Assembly (NCBI GenBank): GCA_002269645.1
Contig: NIVC01001290.1
Coordinates: forward strand, 1-43,721
Origin: Macrostomum lignano
Lineage: Eukaryota
DNA: 43,721 nucleotides
Reading direction: 5' to 3'
The position numbers and the translations under genes were made by a program. The notes under the pieces were generated by a model, which saw only the letters and a program-made list of their open reading frames with translations, did not search any database and had not been told where the DNA came from. This document shows, one piece after another, positions 25,373 through 38,088 of the stretch; position 1 is the first letter of the stretch, and the number at the start of each line of letters is the position of its first letter.

Positions 25373-27917
25373 ATTTGATGCCGTAGGTTGAAGTCGTCTG
25401 AGCCTCTATTGTTCTTTAGTCTAATTTGCATTGCATGAGATCAAACTAGCACGCCACTTTACAGCACAAGACCTTTAGTAACGATGCCCGACACAGGTGA
25501 CATTTAAGCTATAAAGTATTATGTAATTAGGCGCTATAAACTTTAGGCGCTGAACTTTTAGACATTGTGAAATTCAGGTCTTACAAAATCCCGTGGTGGG
25601 GGCTGGACATCTGGATGCAGCGGGGAGAGGCATCAACCATCAATTTCGCTAACCCCTGCGAGCACAGCTGCAGCGAGTGCTGCGGTGTCGCCCAAGAGAT
25701 CCAATGGTGCCGGTGCATGTCCGCTGCGCGGACCCCTCCGGAGAGTCCATGAGGTGGATGGTCGCTCGGACGCTCGCTCGTCCGGCTGTAGTAGCCCTTA
25801 GATGTGGATGAGCAGATACCCTTGAGTAGCTGAATCTGTCCTGAGTAAAAGCGGGGTACTCATAGATGCGATTCCTATCACAGCTACGGATTTCCCCTGG
25901 AACCAGCGATATGCTTTGCGAAGCAGCCAGGATCTGAGAGGGCAATGGTTACAGCTTATTAATGCTTAATTAAAGCTTAATGCTTGTTAATGCTTATTCT
26001 TACTGACCTGAGCATTTGCTTGAGTTTGAGCATTTGCTTAGTTTATTCATACGGCCTATTCCCTCGGTTGAGTCCCTGCAAGCATGGCCCATGCCAGTGG
26101 ACCATGGGAGAGAAGGATAGGAAACGACAGCGCGGGACTTGGGGGCCGGCGGTTGGGGCGAAAGCCCACCTCTACCGCCTCTCCCGCTTACTAGATGCCT
26201 CAGGTTAATCCGAGTGGGGACAATATAGCGGTGGGGGGTGGGGTTCCCAGCACGGGATGGGAGCCTACTGCTACTCTACATGTCGCCTTGATTTGCGCCA
26301 GCGTCCCAAAAGCTCCCTGCTGCCAAAGTATTTACACATCGAAAGGTACAAATTGTATATACATATCGCCGCAATTTTAGCATGATGTGTCATAACACAA
26401 TTTAGCTAAATAGGAGAAACTATTGATATAATAGTACACTCCCTATAATTCCGTCTCAATCTAAGTTCTCACTATTTCTCAGCCCTATACATTACTTTAC
26501 CGTTCAAGCTATCTGGCGTCTCACACTGGCATTTCAGTCCGCACTGCCCATCCCAATCGCTTTCTATTCAATGCTCTTATCTTATCTTGTTTCTCTAAGC
26601 TTAGCTCGACTCAAAAACCATGGCTAAAGTTGGACGTCGCACTCACAGATCGAGTAAATTCATAAGTTTTGCTGCAAAATGCATTATTGACATAGGAATT
26701 TTTCAGTTTTCAGCCTTTTCAGTCTCCGCGGTAACATTTCTTGAAAAGTGCTTGCCAAATCATATGAAGGCATGAGGTGCAAAAACTAGCCCTCATTAAG
26801 CCTTCATTAAAAACTTCCTTATGCCGGGATGCCAAGTCTATGGCCAAACCAAACTGAGCTCTAGCTCAGGCAGTCTGAGCAAGAGCACAGAGTGCAAGTT
26901 TTTTTTCATTATTCATAGTGACAACGAGCACTTGCTTAGACTCAGAGTAATTGCTCAGCTTTGAGCAGCTGCTCATGCTCTGAGCCTGAGCTCTTACTCC
27001 TGAGTTGCAAAATAAATACTTGTTGCTTCATTTGAGTCAATTGTTAAAAACAAACCCCCCCCTCCCCTTATAATTTATAGCTGATGCAATTTTGCAGAGA
27101 AAAATTATTTGCATTTTCCGCTTTAACTATATATGACGTAGTTGTCCTGCAATGGCAGGAATAAAAAAAACTATATATTATTGATTGCAATAAGACGGGG
27201 ATTATATTTTGTAGGGCCGCGCTGGTCAGTTAATTTGCAAAGTAAATAGCAATACCAGCATAGAAGTTGCTTCAAAATGCTTTTGATTGCCGCCGCATAA
27301 GTGCATTGCAAAATCGGAGGGAAGTTCTCCGCCACTACACGTACACTCGGTGTACTGTGAAGTGTACTGCAAATTGTTTTCCAAACTGTACTAAATACTC
27401 CACTTGTCTACGTCTGTTTCGCTCGTACAGCAGCATCTGCGAGCTGTTCTTTCTGCAATATAGAGGTTGAAATGCCTTGGTAGGTGAGGGCTACAAAATA
27501 AAGCTTATACTGTTTAAATGTTAATGCGGCTTCATCGCTGCAGGTTTACTCTCTTCCCGTCTGCCCCTCTGCCGGCTCATAAATGCCACATTGACTACTA
27601 AAGTGCTGCGCAGGGGTATAGGGTGGTAGGAAAAGCAGCCGCTTTGTAGACGGCATGCGTGCATACTATAGTATTGTGGCGAAACATCCTAGAAAATACA
27701 CTCTCACTACAATGTGGTAGACAAACGACCTGACACTCAATGTGCATGCAAGAACAGCAGAATTTCTGTTTTTAGACAGTGATAGTGCGTACATAAGTGC
27801 ACTAGAGGAATACGAACCAATTATAAGCTCACTGGGTAGAAAACGTTAAATATATATTTAATGAAAAGCCATTCTTTCTTTTTCAGCAAGTTTGCCGCCC
27901 TACATCCGTGCTTACGT

Positions 27918-28480
27918 GTAACAACAACAACAACAAAAAAGATCAACAGAATTTGCTTTCAGGGTCTTTAGAAGTCCTGCAGCGTCACAGGCCGCACCGC
28001 CGACTGAATCCGGGACGCCGGGATCAGCCAGCAGGCAGTCGGCGAAACGCAGAGTGCGCGCCTGTCCCCGCCAGTACGCCTGCAGCGTCAGCAGCAGCGC
28101 GGATCCGACACTGTCTGTGAGCGGCGCGACTGGGCGCGGATGATGCGGCCTGCCAGCTGGAGTCGCCGACGGCACAACAGGTCGCTTGAACGGGACAGGC
28201 CGGTGCCGCGATACTCGTTCGTCGCCGAGCGTGCGCCGCGTCCACTTGTTACTCGAGCGGGTCCGTCAGCGTCCAGGTCTCGCCGTTGTACAGCAGAACG
28301 GTCTTGACCACCACCTGGAAGAACGCCGCCCCCTCTGGCGGCCAGGTGGAGGGACTCGGACTTCAGGACTTGCCTCACAGAACGAAAGACAGCCCAGTCA
28401 AGCCCGTGGCGACGCCGTAGATAGCGACGCCTCTCAGAAGCCGGGAACCAGACCGCCGAGGTGGATGAACTGATGACGAC
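27918..28480 (-). mobile_element. 5'-truncated, decayed RTE-clade LINE (RT thumb and C-terminus plus (TTG)n tail)
   Basis: - strand: FIHLGG...LRRRHGLDWAVFRSVRQVLKS...VVKTVLLYNGETWTLT, then LLLTLQAY.RGQARTLRFADCLLAD; has stops and frameshifts; (CAA)n on + at 27918-27935. Confidence 0.85.
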
Positions 28481-31400
28481 GCGGAAGCTCCATCGCGTGT
28501 GTCATTTCAAGTAAGTACACATGAAACTGAGATTTGAGGCTACATGTTTAAAACCATACAATCTGCAATGAAATAGTAGACACTATAACGCTCTGTTTAA
28601 ATGGCATTAGTTTCTATCAAATCCTAGTTTTCTAATATTCGTTATGAATATCAATAGAGCTATAAGAAAGGCAAGACATCCAAAAGATGAACGTTGTTGA
28701 GGCTCCCTTCTACGAGCTATCAAAGCAACAACAGTTTTTGTGCTGAAACAAAGAAACCCCCTATCCCCATAATATATTGTTTGCTAAAATCTGCCTCCTA
28801 AATTTTTCCAAGAAATGTAGTTTCCCGTCCTTCTGCTTGATTCGAATCCTAACAAAACCGCTGCAACTTCAGTTAACTTAAACAAAACGCAAAGAAATTT
28901 TATACACACTGAGATGATTTAACTCAATCAATTTGAGAACCCATGCATATAAAAGTCATATTATTTAGATAAACATCTACAAAAATTCAAAATTCAAATG
29001 CAAATTTAATTGTGCCACTGATCGATCGTGGGGGGGGGGTCGGACTAGGAGAATTTCCTACGCGAGGTTTTCCCGCAGAGGTTTTCCAGTGGTAATTTCA
29101 AGTCAAATCCATTCGAATAGTCTAGTTTTAATCTAATCAAGTTAGTATTAGTCTATTGTACGTATTCTAGTCTTGCAATCTAGTCTAATCTCCAGTCTAG
29201 TATCGTCTATAGACGACTGGGTTGGCCAATTCCCGAATGGGGCTGCATGCTGTAGTTTGCCACGCCTCTGATACTGATACTGCTTAGCTGGAGCCACCCT
29301 TTGACCTTCTGGCAGATGTCAACGCTTATACAGTGTACATGATACTTTAATAGCAACCGATCCTGTGTCAATCAAACAATGGCGACGGCGTCTGAGAATG
29401 CGCGCCGTGGTGGTCAAGGCTGCAGCTGTTGAGGCTTGAAGTGGAGGCCGACTCTATTCTACAGAGGGACGGTTCTGACCAAGCCCTCTCTCGGCGTTTC
29501 GGTAGTTGCGTCGGATGTGCCCTTTTAGGGAGCGAATGCACAGGCAGGTCTTGAGCCATCAGAGTTTGATAAGCCGGATTCTCCAGGAATGAGTTTTTGT
29601 TTACGACTGGTGGGGATGTGAATGGATTTATCGATTGACTGACCGCAGAGGGAGTCTTACAGACACTAGGGATGAATTATGGATGGGATGAACTGCATGA
29701 TTAGTCGCTTCTGAGGCTCCAGGAAATCGTCGCGTCGTTTTACATAGAATCTGAACACAGGTGTCGTCGCTAAAATGTAGAATTTGCCGAACCACAGGCC
29801 GCTACTTTTGAATTTTCACAGCACACCCAAACGCTCATCCAGCGCGAAATTCATCGAAGCGCAATGCAGCGCCAATTATTTTGAACACGATGTAAGCAAT
29901 TTTAAGAATAACAAAAATATGAAAATACGAGCAGCAATACATGTATTACTAAATAAACAAAGCTGGCGATAGGAACTTTAAGAATTTACCAGTTGTACAA
30001 TTGCAAAATCAATTGTATACGTCCTAAGTAGAAAATAGACATTATGTACATGATGGTTATGGTTCCTACTGTCACTTCACCATGCTCAATATCAAAGAAA
30101 GCTCGAGCCGTGCATTTTGATTTTTTCTTCACGGTGGCGAACGTTTATGTTTTAATCTGAGTTAGGGCACAGTGTCAAGTGTTAAGTGACCATAGGCCCC
30201 TAAATCTTCTGCAGTGGCGCAACCAGGAATTCAGTGAGGTGGTGCAGTCCAGCCAGACCGAAGCCAAAGAAAGGGGGGCGGGCAATGGGCCTGTATTTGG
30301 CGAAAATTTAATGGTAATGCCTAAGCACTAAGGATACCAAAATCTTTGAAGTATATTATATATTCCCTAAATATCAAAATCCCAAAATTTTCTAAAATCT
30401 TAGGCCTAGGATAGGCCCTAATCCTAGGAAATCATATATCATGCGATCCCAAAATCAAAATTTAGTCTATTCCTTAGGCTTAGGATATCTAAAAAGTATT
30501 GTATCTCAAGATTTATCTAGGATCCTAGTGATCTAGTCCTGTCCTAGGGAAAATTATAATTCCTACTAAGCTCAAATAGTGACATAGATCCCTATTATTT
30601 ATTATTAAAATGAGTGTTTTATTCAGGCTTGGGAGCAGCAATAGCAGGTTTGCCTGTCTTGCAATCACTTTTCAAAAACCTGCAGATACATGCTAAGAGC
30701 TCTTAGAAAACCTATTAGGCCTACCTAGATATATATTTGACACCTAGAAATAAATAATATTCATTGTCATTTAGACAAAGCCTACTGGCAATGCTTCTGA
30801 TTGTCACACATTCAATATTCTTTTACCATAGACTAATAGTTTAATTTATTTATTTCAATGCTCTCTAACTTTAGTATGACTATGTCACCTAAAGATGTAG
30901 GTGCTCATTAAGCTTCTCCAGCTCCACTGTTTGTAGAACATCCAGAGGATAGCCCAGGGAATTTATGTTGCTCGCAAATTTCTCTCTATACTGTAGCATT
31001 TGATCTCGCATAGGCCAGTTCTAGGGAGAGAATCCAACTCCATCGTGTCAATAACACTTACACTAACATTGTTGAGGTGCTAGTATAATCTGTTAAGGTG
31101 CTCGCATTCTCAGATAGTAGAAGATCTAGAGAAGCTCTACTCCTGCAATGTTGTCCTCATTGTTGCTAAAGTTGCTGATAAACTTATAAATCATTCTAGT
31201 TCTTTATTTTCACTTCACTATAGTCTTCATAGCCCAACTCGCTTATCAGTGCCATTTTGCTTATGGTTATACCATTAAGAGTGTTGGAGCTCCGGTCAGC
31301 ATTAGGAAGGGGGGAAAAACCATTTGGCAATGAGTGCTAAAGTAATATATATTTGGTGCAGCTCTGGCTTATCATGCCAGTCTGTCTTACTATCAAGCTC

Positions 31401-32152
31401 TTGGGTTTTTCCATTAGGGTCGCAATAGCTTCTTTGATAAGTAATCGTAGTATCTTCTTCAATTACTAGAATTAGTATTTTTCTTGATCAGTAATTGAGC
31501 ATAAAACTTGATTAATCGTTTAAAAATGTCTTTAAAAATTTTTATGTCATTGGTATTTATTGATAATAGATAAGCTTTAAATATTGCATCACTTGTAGCA
31601 TATCTCTTAGAATTTTCCTTTAGGTGTGCTTTCTATCCCTAAATAGCATACTATAAGGGTTATTTGGATTTCAATAAGAGTTTAGTAAATAGTGTCCAGT
31701 GTGCTTATGAAAATTAATCATAAAGTTGTGCTTTTTCTAAAATATATGTTGACAAAGGCTATTATATAGTAATCATTAGATGACAAAGCATTTTTCTTCT
31801 TACTAAAGTCATAGTTGCTCCCACTGTTTACCCACAACATTTCGATTTAATAGGATGGGATAACACAGGTTTCCTGTTCACTTGTGACCTTGCATGTTTA
31901 GCATAGGCATCCTCAGCTTTTTTACTTTGGCTATTCCAAAAGTAGTATCCATAGGATTCCCTTGAATAGGCAATTGATCTATGAGAATATGCAATAAAAT
32001 TTCACAAGGCTAGATCTAGACTATACTGTTGCTACTTAAGTAGCTGGGCCCCTAAGATGCTATTTAGCTATACATGTATGAACTGTAGGAAAGGCTTAGT
32101 ATAGGTTGCCCCTTACTGATTAGCCTCTAAAACAGTTTAAATATATTTAATA

Positions 32153-32739
32153 TTGTTTTTGACAATCTAAATGAGAATTTGGACATTCGAAATGAGAAAT
32201 GCATACAGCAAGCTGCAGCAACTTGCTGGCAAACTGGTATTGGACATAGAGTCCATGAGCAATCTAATCGATGAAAAGCCATTCTAAATGATAATTTGGA
32301 CATTCAAAAGAAGAAAAAGCCATTCATTTTAAGTGATAATTTTTGCTGCCAAATGTTTTCAACAGACTGTTTGAATTTTTAACTGATTCATTAATGGAAC
32401 AATAACTCAGCTAAAAGTCAATCTATAGTGATTAAAAGGCAGACAAACAAAAGACAACAAAGGATGGAAGAATTGGCAGCTGCAGCACCCTTGCTGCCTC
32501 TTTGATGAAGTGCCCAACGTTGATGCCATCGATCAGGCGACGGCGAACTGATTCACCTGTTTGAGGCAGCATTCTGCTGCTTCTGTGTGTAAATTCTGCT
32601 GCTGCTACTGTAGTGCGCGCGATGAGAGCATTTATCGATTAGATTGTCCACAGACTCTGTCCACGGAGCGAGCTGCAGCAGCCATAGAGCAGCTATTGGC
32701 CATGAATGTCCAAATTATCATTTAGATTGTCAAAAACAA
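32153..32739. mobile_element. TA-flanked MITE (Tc1/mariner-type), about 590 bp
   Basis: tattgtttttgacaatctaaatgagaatttggacattc (32151-32188) is the reverse complement of 32704-32741 (1 mismatch), including the terminal TA; an extra internal copy of the TIR core lies at about 32285-32307. Confidence 0.75.
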
Positions 32740-33030
32740 TACTACTTATCTACTTTTAGTAGTCTGTTGAAAAAATTTAATTAAAAACTTAGGATGACTC
32801 GTTTTTCTAATATCAGATAGATGAAAGCTTTGGGTTTTCCTTAAAGGCCAAACACGCCCATTTCAAAGGATATAATTGGAGTATACTATAAACTATTAAC
32901 CAATTGTTGCACTGTCTGCACATAGGTTGTGTATTTTTGTCATGATTCGCATTTCACAACTTGAACAGTTCATTTTACTGTATCAGTGAGTAGTCAGTAG
33001 CTGTATTAAACATCAGATTGACGTGCTGCG

Positions 33031-33477
33031 CTAGTTCTTCAAGTTTTCACACACGCACTGTTGTTCCGCCTTGTGCTGCCTTACTTCTTCTTCCAATCGG
33101 TTCACTAAGGCATCTCGATTAGTCCTGCTCTCATTTGGCAGCTGCACGTCATCTTTGTCCAGTTGGCGAAGTTGCTTTGCAACATCCTGCACCAGGTCCA
33201 GGGTGCAGCCGATCAGACACACGCATCCGCTGTTATTGCTCTTTTTGCTATCACCTGTATAGCTGCGACCTGCTAAAAACAGGTGTTGAACACGATGGAG
33301 TCTTAACCTTCAATTAATTAACGTCTTGCTAGTTACAGAAAGTCTACGTGATCTGTGCGTACCCTTAGTTTGGTCATTGCTCTCTGTGGTGCTGCGCGTG
33401 TTTCCTTCACTTTTCTTGGCTTGCATTTGACATTTGGATTCCGTTTCGTCTGCACTTCCTTTGTTGACGACAGACAT
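33031..33477 (-). CDS. Candidate small two-exon gene (about 112 aa), C-terminal coiled-coil-like
   Basis: Exon 33477-33363 (MSVVNKGSADE...DQTK) with donor GTACGC and exon 33254-33031 (GDSKK...LDLVQDVAKQLRQL...NLKN*) with acceptor TACAG; phase 1 matches. No family recognised. Confidence 0.5.
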
Positions 33478-34865
33478 GCTGGTTTCTCAACTCTCAGAAT
33501 AGCCTTAATGCTTTCTGACTTTGTAATTTAATCTATCGGCTTTGTGTACAATGTTCCTTGCTCACTTTATCGCCTGTACAGCGCTTCAAAGCTAGGACTA
33601 TCGACGCCTTAATTAAACAAGTCCTGTTGTCGCTACGTGCTCCACGGCTATGGCGACGAATTTAATGTGAGCTAATAAACACAGACCAACGCCTTCGAGC
33701 ACTGATTGGTTTGCTACAACTAGCGGACCGTTAGTATTCTGCGCACTTGGCTCATTAAATATTTAAATTGCTCTCAGTATAAAACCCTATTTATACAGCT
33801 AGAATTAGAAATTGCACAAAGGATAAAATTAGGTGCGCTGTTACATATTATGGCTCGTTCACACCGATATAAAATCACGCGACTAATTTACAAAGCGACG
33901 AAAAATAATGTACAAGCAGTGTGATCGCACATGCATAGTGCCGCATTCTGTAACCACTGAATGCAACCCCATACTGTTATTAAGCATTAAGTTTCTCCTT
34001 TTAACGGTTTACCTCTTGACAAATTAGAAACAGAAAAGCATCCTTGCCGCGCGTATTTGCAAAAATCTATCAACGAAAGAGGTACGATATTTTCAGCACT
34101 AAATTCAATAAAACACAGCTTAAACACAGAGATTGACAGCTGATTCTTAGTCAAGGTTTGGTTAGCAATTCGAAGCTCCTGTCCAGCGCGCCGTGAACCA
34201 GTTCCGCTGCTAAATTATTCACTTCGTCGACTTCCTCGTTTTTGTCCAGTTTCGACATGTTGCTGGGCATCAGAATACAAGCTGTAGTCAGGCTGGCCTC
34301 TGAATTATTCGTTAGCACGACCCGTGTGAGGCTCGATTCAGTCTGGGTGTATCTTGACGTCTTTCTTACCAGCCTGTGATTCTTGTCGCATCGTAGGCTG
34401 TCAGAGTTTGGCATGGCTGCTTACTGTAGCCTGTGCGGACAATTAGCCTGTGTCTTGCTATAAATATGACGCAGCGCAGCCGGTCAAGTAATTGATGATT
34501 GACGCGCGTTTATTTTTTAATTTAGTCTCGCAAAGTTGTCTGTCACCAACATCATGCTAACGGCTGCTTGAGTTGAGGTGTTTAATTAATGCAATGACAC
34601 TTTTTATAATTGTTAGATGAGCTGTCATGCAAGGACAATGGCTATATTTGTGCAAATTACTCTTAAGGAACAGAAATTACTCTTAATTTTAATGTTCTGA
34701 AAAACAATTCTAAAGTGTGAGAAACTCCTAATCCGACAGTGTTCTATGCTTGTACCTGGTTTTGCATTGAATTGCATGTATAAGAAGGTTGAATCAATAC
34801 AAGAACAGCAATGTCGCACTGCCGTCTCCCACCGACCATTTCAGGTCAGACTTGAACCGTATCAA

Positions 34866-36438
34866 ATGTCTGAAGAAGTTGTCTCAGCATTATTTAAAGA
34901 TGTCATTGGCTTGCAAAACCCGGCTCAATTCCGTGCAGCGTTTCTGGCTCTGAGCGAAAATCGACGCGTTGGAATAACGGGTAAGCGGTGACGTGGTGTA
35001 TTTTTGTAGCGCTATAAAGCATGGATTGCTTCTTCTCTGACCCAAGCTTTCTGTAACAGCTTTACTGTTTCATTAAATTTTTTATTTCGAACTTTAAAAT
35101 CTAGCTTTTTGTGGGATTTCTCACTTTGAACGGGCTTTTTAGATTCTAGAATTAAAAACGTAATAATGGCACGGATCGGGGACTGTTAGATTCTGGATGG
35201 AGACTTATTAAATTCCGGATCAAGGACTATTAGATTCCGGATCATGGACTGTTTAGATCGGGATCATGGACTGTTAGATTCGGGATCATGGACTATTTGA
35301 TTCGGTATCATGGACTATTTGATTCGGGATCATGGACTATTTGATTCGGTATCATGGACTATTAGATTCGGGATCATGGACTAATAGATTCGGGATCACA
35401 GACTATTAGATTCGGGATCATGGACTAATAGATTCGGGATCACAGACTATTAGATTTGGGATTGTCATCGTACATGGTCACAGTTATTCCTCTGCAATAT
35501 CCCCTGCAGTCATCGTGCTGATGGTCATATCTTCGTCCGCCCGCACTGGCTGGCTGCTGTACGCTGACCGTTTGGCCACCACGCAGCGACTGGCTGGTGT
35601 TGACGAGTCCACCCGCGAGACACTCGCCTCGTCTGGCTGGTTTGCCAACGAATCTGGGCTACTGATCTGCTTCTGCTGTGAGGCAGAGGCCGGCCTGGCC
35701 AGTCAGCAGCAGCACCGGCCCGACTGTCTCGCCGCCCGGCTTGTCAGCCTCGCCTCGGCGCCGTCCACCTCAGCCGAGTGGCCGTCAGCCGCCGACTCCG
35801 CCGTCCGGCTTCACCTGCCGTCGACGCGGCGGCTCCGCTTACTGCTGGACTCGCCGGTTGTTGGCGCGGCCGCTTCGTACGGCTTCGATCCGGCGTTTCT
35901 GCAGGTCTGCCTGGCCAGGCAGTTCCTGCGCAGCGCCGCCTCCACGGCTAGCGGCGGCGGCAGCTCCGGCATCGAGCGGCCGGGCGATCTGCTCCGCCTG
36001 GCGCAGTCTGTTGAAGATGCCGATCCCAGAGCTCCGGCTGTTGCCGCTCGGTTCGACCTGCGCCGCCTGATCGACTCCTGCTTGATTGACCCTGCGGCTG
36101 GCGGCTCCGAGACTTCGGCGTCTCACGACGGTAGTGCCGGCCGCGGCGGTGGAGGATCCTCAGTCGACGCATACGCGGTGCCCAGCTTCGCAGCCTCGTC
36201 TGTCTCAGCAATAGTTGGTTTTGGCGGCGGCGGCGGCCCAGCAAACACGGATCTGTCCGATCCGGCTGGCGAATCGGAAGTTGACGATCGGTGCATCCGG
36301 TGCCGCAACCGGACAAGGAACCGGGTCACGCTGCCCTGCGCGCATTTCCTGCTGTGCGACCGCTGCCTGGAGCCGCTGACCCGGTGTCCGAAATGCAATG
36401 CTAGCATAGCAGCCGCAGTGACCGCTTTTATTACTTAG
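34866..36438 (+). CDS. IAP-like E3 ubiquitin ligase: degenerate BIR, UBA-like and C-terminal RING
   Basis: Exon 35510-36438: DRLAT...LASSGWF...ICFCC...H.PDC (BIR-like); AAASYGFDPAFLQVCLARQF...DLLRLA (IAP UBA-like); CIRC...LPCAHFLLCDRC...CPKC...AFIT* (IAP-type RING). Putative exon 1 at 34866-34980 (donor GTAAGC, phase 1 matches) is less certain. Confidence 0.85.
35200..35460. repeat. Intronic minisatellite, 22-bp unit (ggactattagattcgggatcat), about 11 copies
   Basis: Tandem array between the putative IAP exons. Confidence 0.93.
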
Positions 36439-37811
36439 ATGTGTTTGTGGTTCCGCAATTTTGTAGTTTTTTTCATTATCATCATCATCATTAATATTAT
36501 ATGACCATGTTATATTCATCACTAATATGTGTATTATAGGGTATATATAGAGCGCTTCTAACCGTCGTGTTTAGTGAGTCTGTCTAGTTGTAGACTTTCA
36601 ATATAGACACAGTTTTAATACACATTTATTATGGTAGCCTAAATGGCATTTTGAAAATTCTGTATTAGCGATCGTAAAAATGGTGCTGAAATACGTTACC
36701 CGTATTTTCTGAATGAATGTTCTGTAGATTACATCGCGTGAGTTGGGGTTTTACGATAGACAAATGTGGTATTGCGGGCGTCGTCACGAAGACAGATGGG
36801 AAGAGCTGTTATGTCAACTGCACCTGCCGATTTCACTTCAAAGTATAAATAATTTTATTCCGTTCCGTAAGTGCGTTTGTTTAAATGAGTCATTAAACGG
36901 AGTTAAATCTGCGACTAACCGTCTACTAACAGTAGCTTGTTTGTAACTACTGATTAAAATAGCAGGCAAAGGACGAAAAGCACAACAGATTCTGGAAGTC
37001 ACGTGACGTGACGACAAGACCCAATCTTGCTTCGAATTATAAAGTTTTCAGCGTTTAGATGTAAATGCACGAATGTATAAAAAGTTGCATCAGCTGCCAG
37101 TTTAAATCTTGAATAAAAGGAAATCAGAAATGCCAATACACAGAAGTGACGCATGTTTTTTATAAACAAATTTGTCACTGATTGTAGATCGCATTGATTG
37201 CATTAAATCGGTTTTACACTTCATGTACTCCGTTTATTTGAATTGTTGATCGGCCGAGTTTCATCGCAGGATAACAGTTCATCCATGCCCCTTCTCTCTC
37301 AGATCTTCAGCAGCGCTCTGGACCAATAGTCTCAGTAAGAGACTCAATTTAGACTACTGAGAAAAGTAGACGAATAAAGATTTGAATCGTGCAAGACAAC
37401 GAAGAAATTTTCAGATTGAAGAAATCGTCAGCAGGCAGAATGAGCCTGCCGGAGGCTCAAAGGATTGCTGAATGGAACAACAATAACGGGAAGAGCAAAC
37501 TATGCAAAACAGACTGCAGGACCTGCATTGCATGGCTACTCAATCGCAGTTTTACGAGTCCTCTCAATCACGCAAATATCCGTTATTATCTTTTGTTTCT
37601 ATCGCGAATTGATTTACTGTCACGACGACGAGAAAATTTAAGCTGTCCATTCCAGAATTTTTGGCACAGATATCCTGAGAATGCGTCAAGCTGGACGAGA
37701 ACTTTATCATTGGTCGATGCAGTCTCTCAAGTGGACGGTTTTGTTTCAAGGAAAATTTCAGCAAAGCGTCGATTTCAACTGGCGATTAAACTGGTTTGAA
37801 ATGTCGATTCT

Positions 37812-38088
37812 TGTTGGAACAACAACAAAATACGTCAGCCAGTCAAGCGTGGGACAATGTCACATTGAGCGTTTCAGGGCCTGGGCGCGAACATAGGCCG
37901 CCCCGCCGGCAGTGTCCGGGGCGCCGGCTTCAACCGGCAGGCAGTCGACGAAACGCCGAGTGCGCGCCTGCCCCCGCCGGTAGGGTGCCTGCAGCTTCAG
38001 CAGCAGCACCGGTTGCGGACAGTACGACTTGACTCGGATGATATAGCCTACCAGGCGCTGGAGTCGCCAACGGCGCAACAGTTCACTG
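37812..38088 (-). mobile_element. RTE-type LINE 3' remnant
   Basis: Homologous to 27975-28190; - strand VLLLKLQAPYRRGQARTRRFVDCL...GGAAYVRAQA; (CAA) tail at about 37818-37830. Confidence 0.8.

Noticed and set aside
25567-25752. Cys-rich ORF (CEHSCSECCG...WCRC)
   Set aside because: Short, no recognisable family or linked exons; cannot be supported.
28466-28490. Hammerhead ribozyme core (CTGATGA)
   Set aside because: No properly spaced GAAA or flanking stems.
29340-29420. CLIDTGS retroviral-protease-like motif on the - strand
   Set aside because: Isolated motif among stops; no gag, RT, integrase or LTR nearby.
30212-30231. hAT-like terminal sequence cagtggcgcaaccaggaatt
   Set aside because: Resembles the 25041 TIR, but I found no matching partner end or TSD.
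30880-31200. Decayed coding-like segment on the - strand (possible Crypton/tyrosine-recombinase N-terminus)
   Set aside because: Multiple stops and only vague similarity; needs tblastx or HMM search.
37389-37799. 136-aa + strand ORF
   Set aside because: GTG start, AT-rich codon usage unlike the verified exons, no motif and no consistent splice partners.
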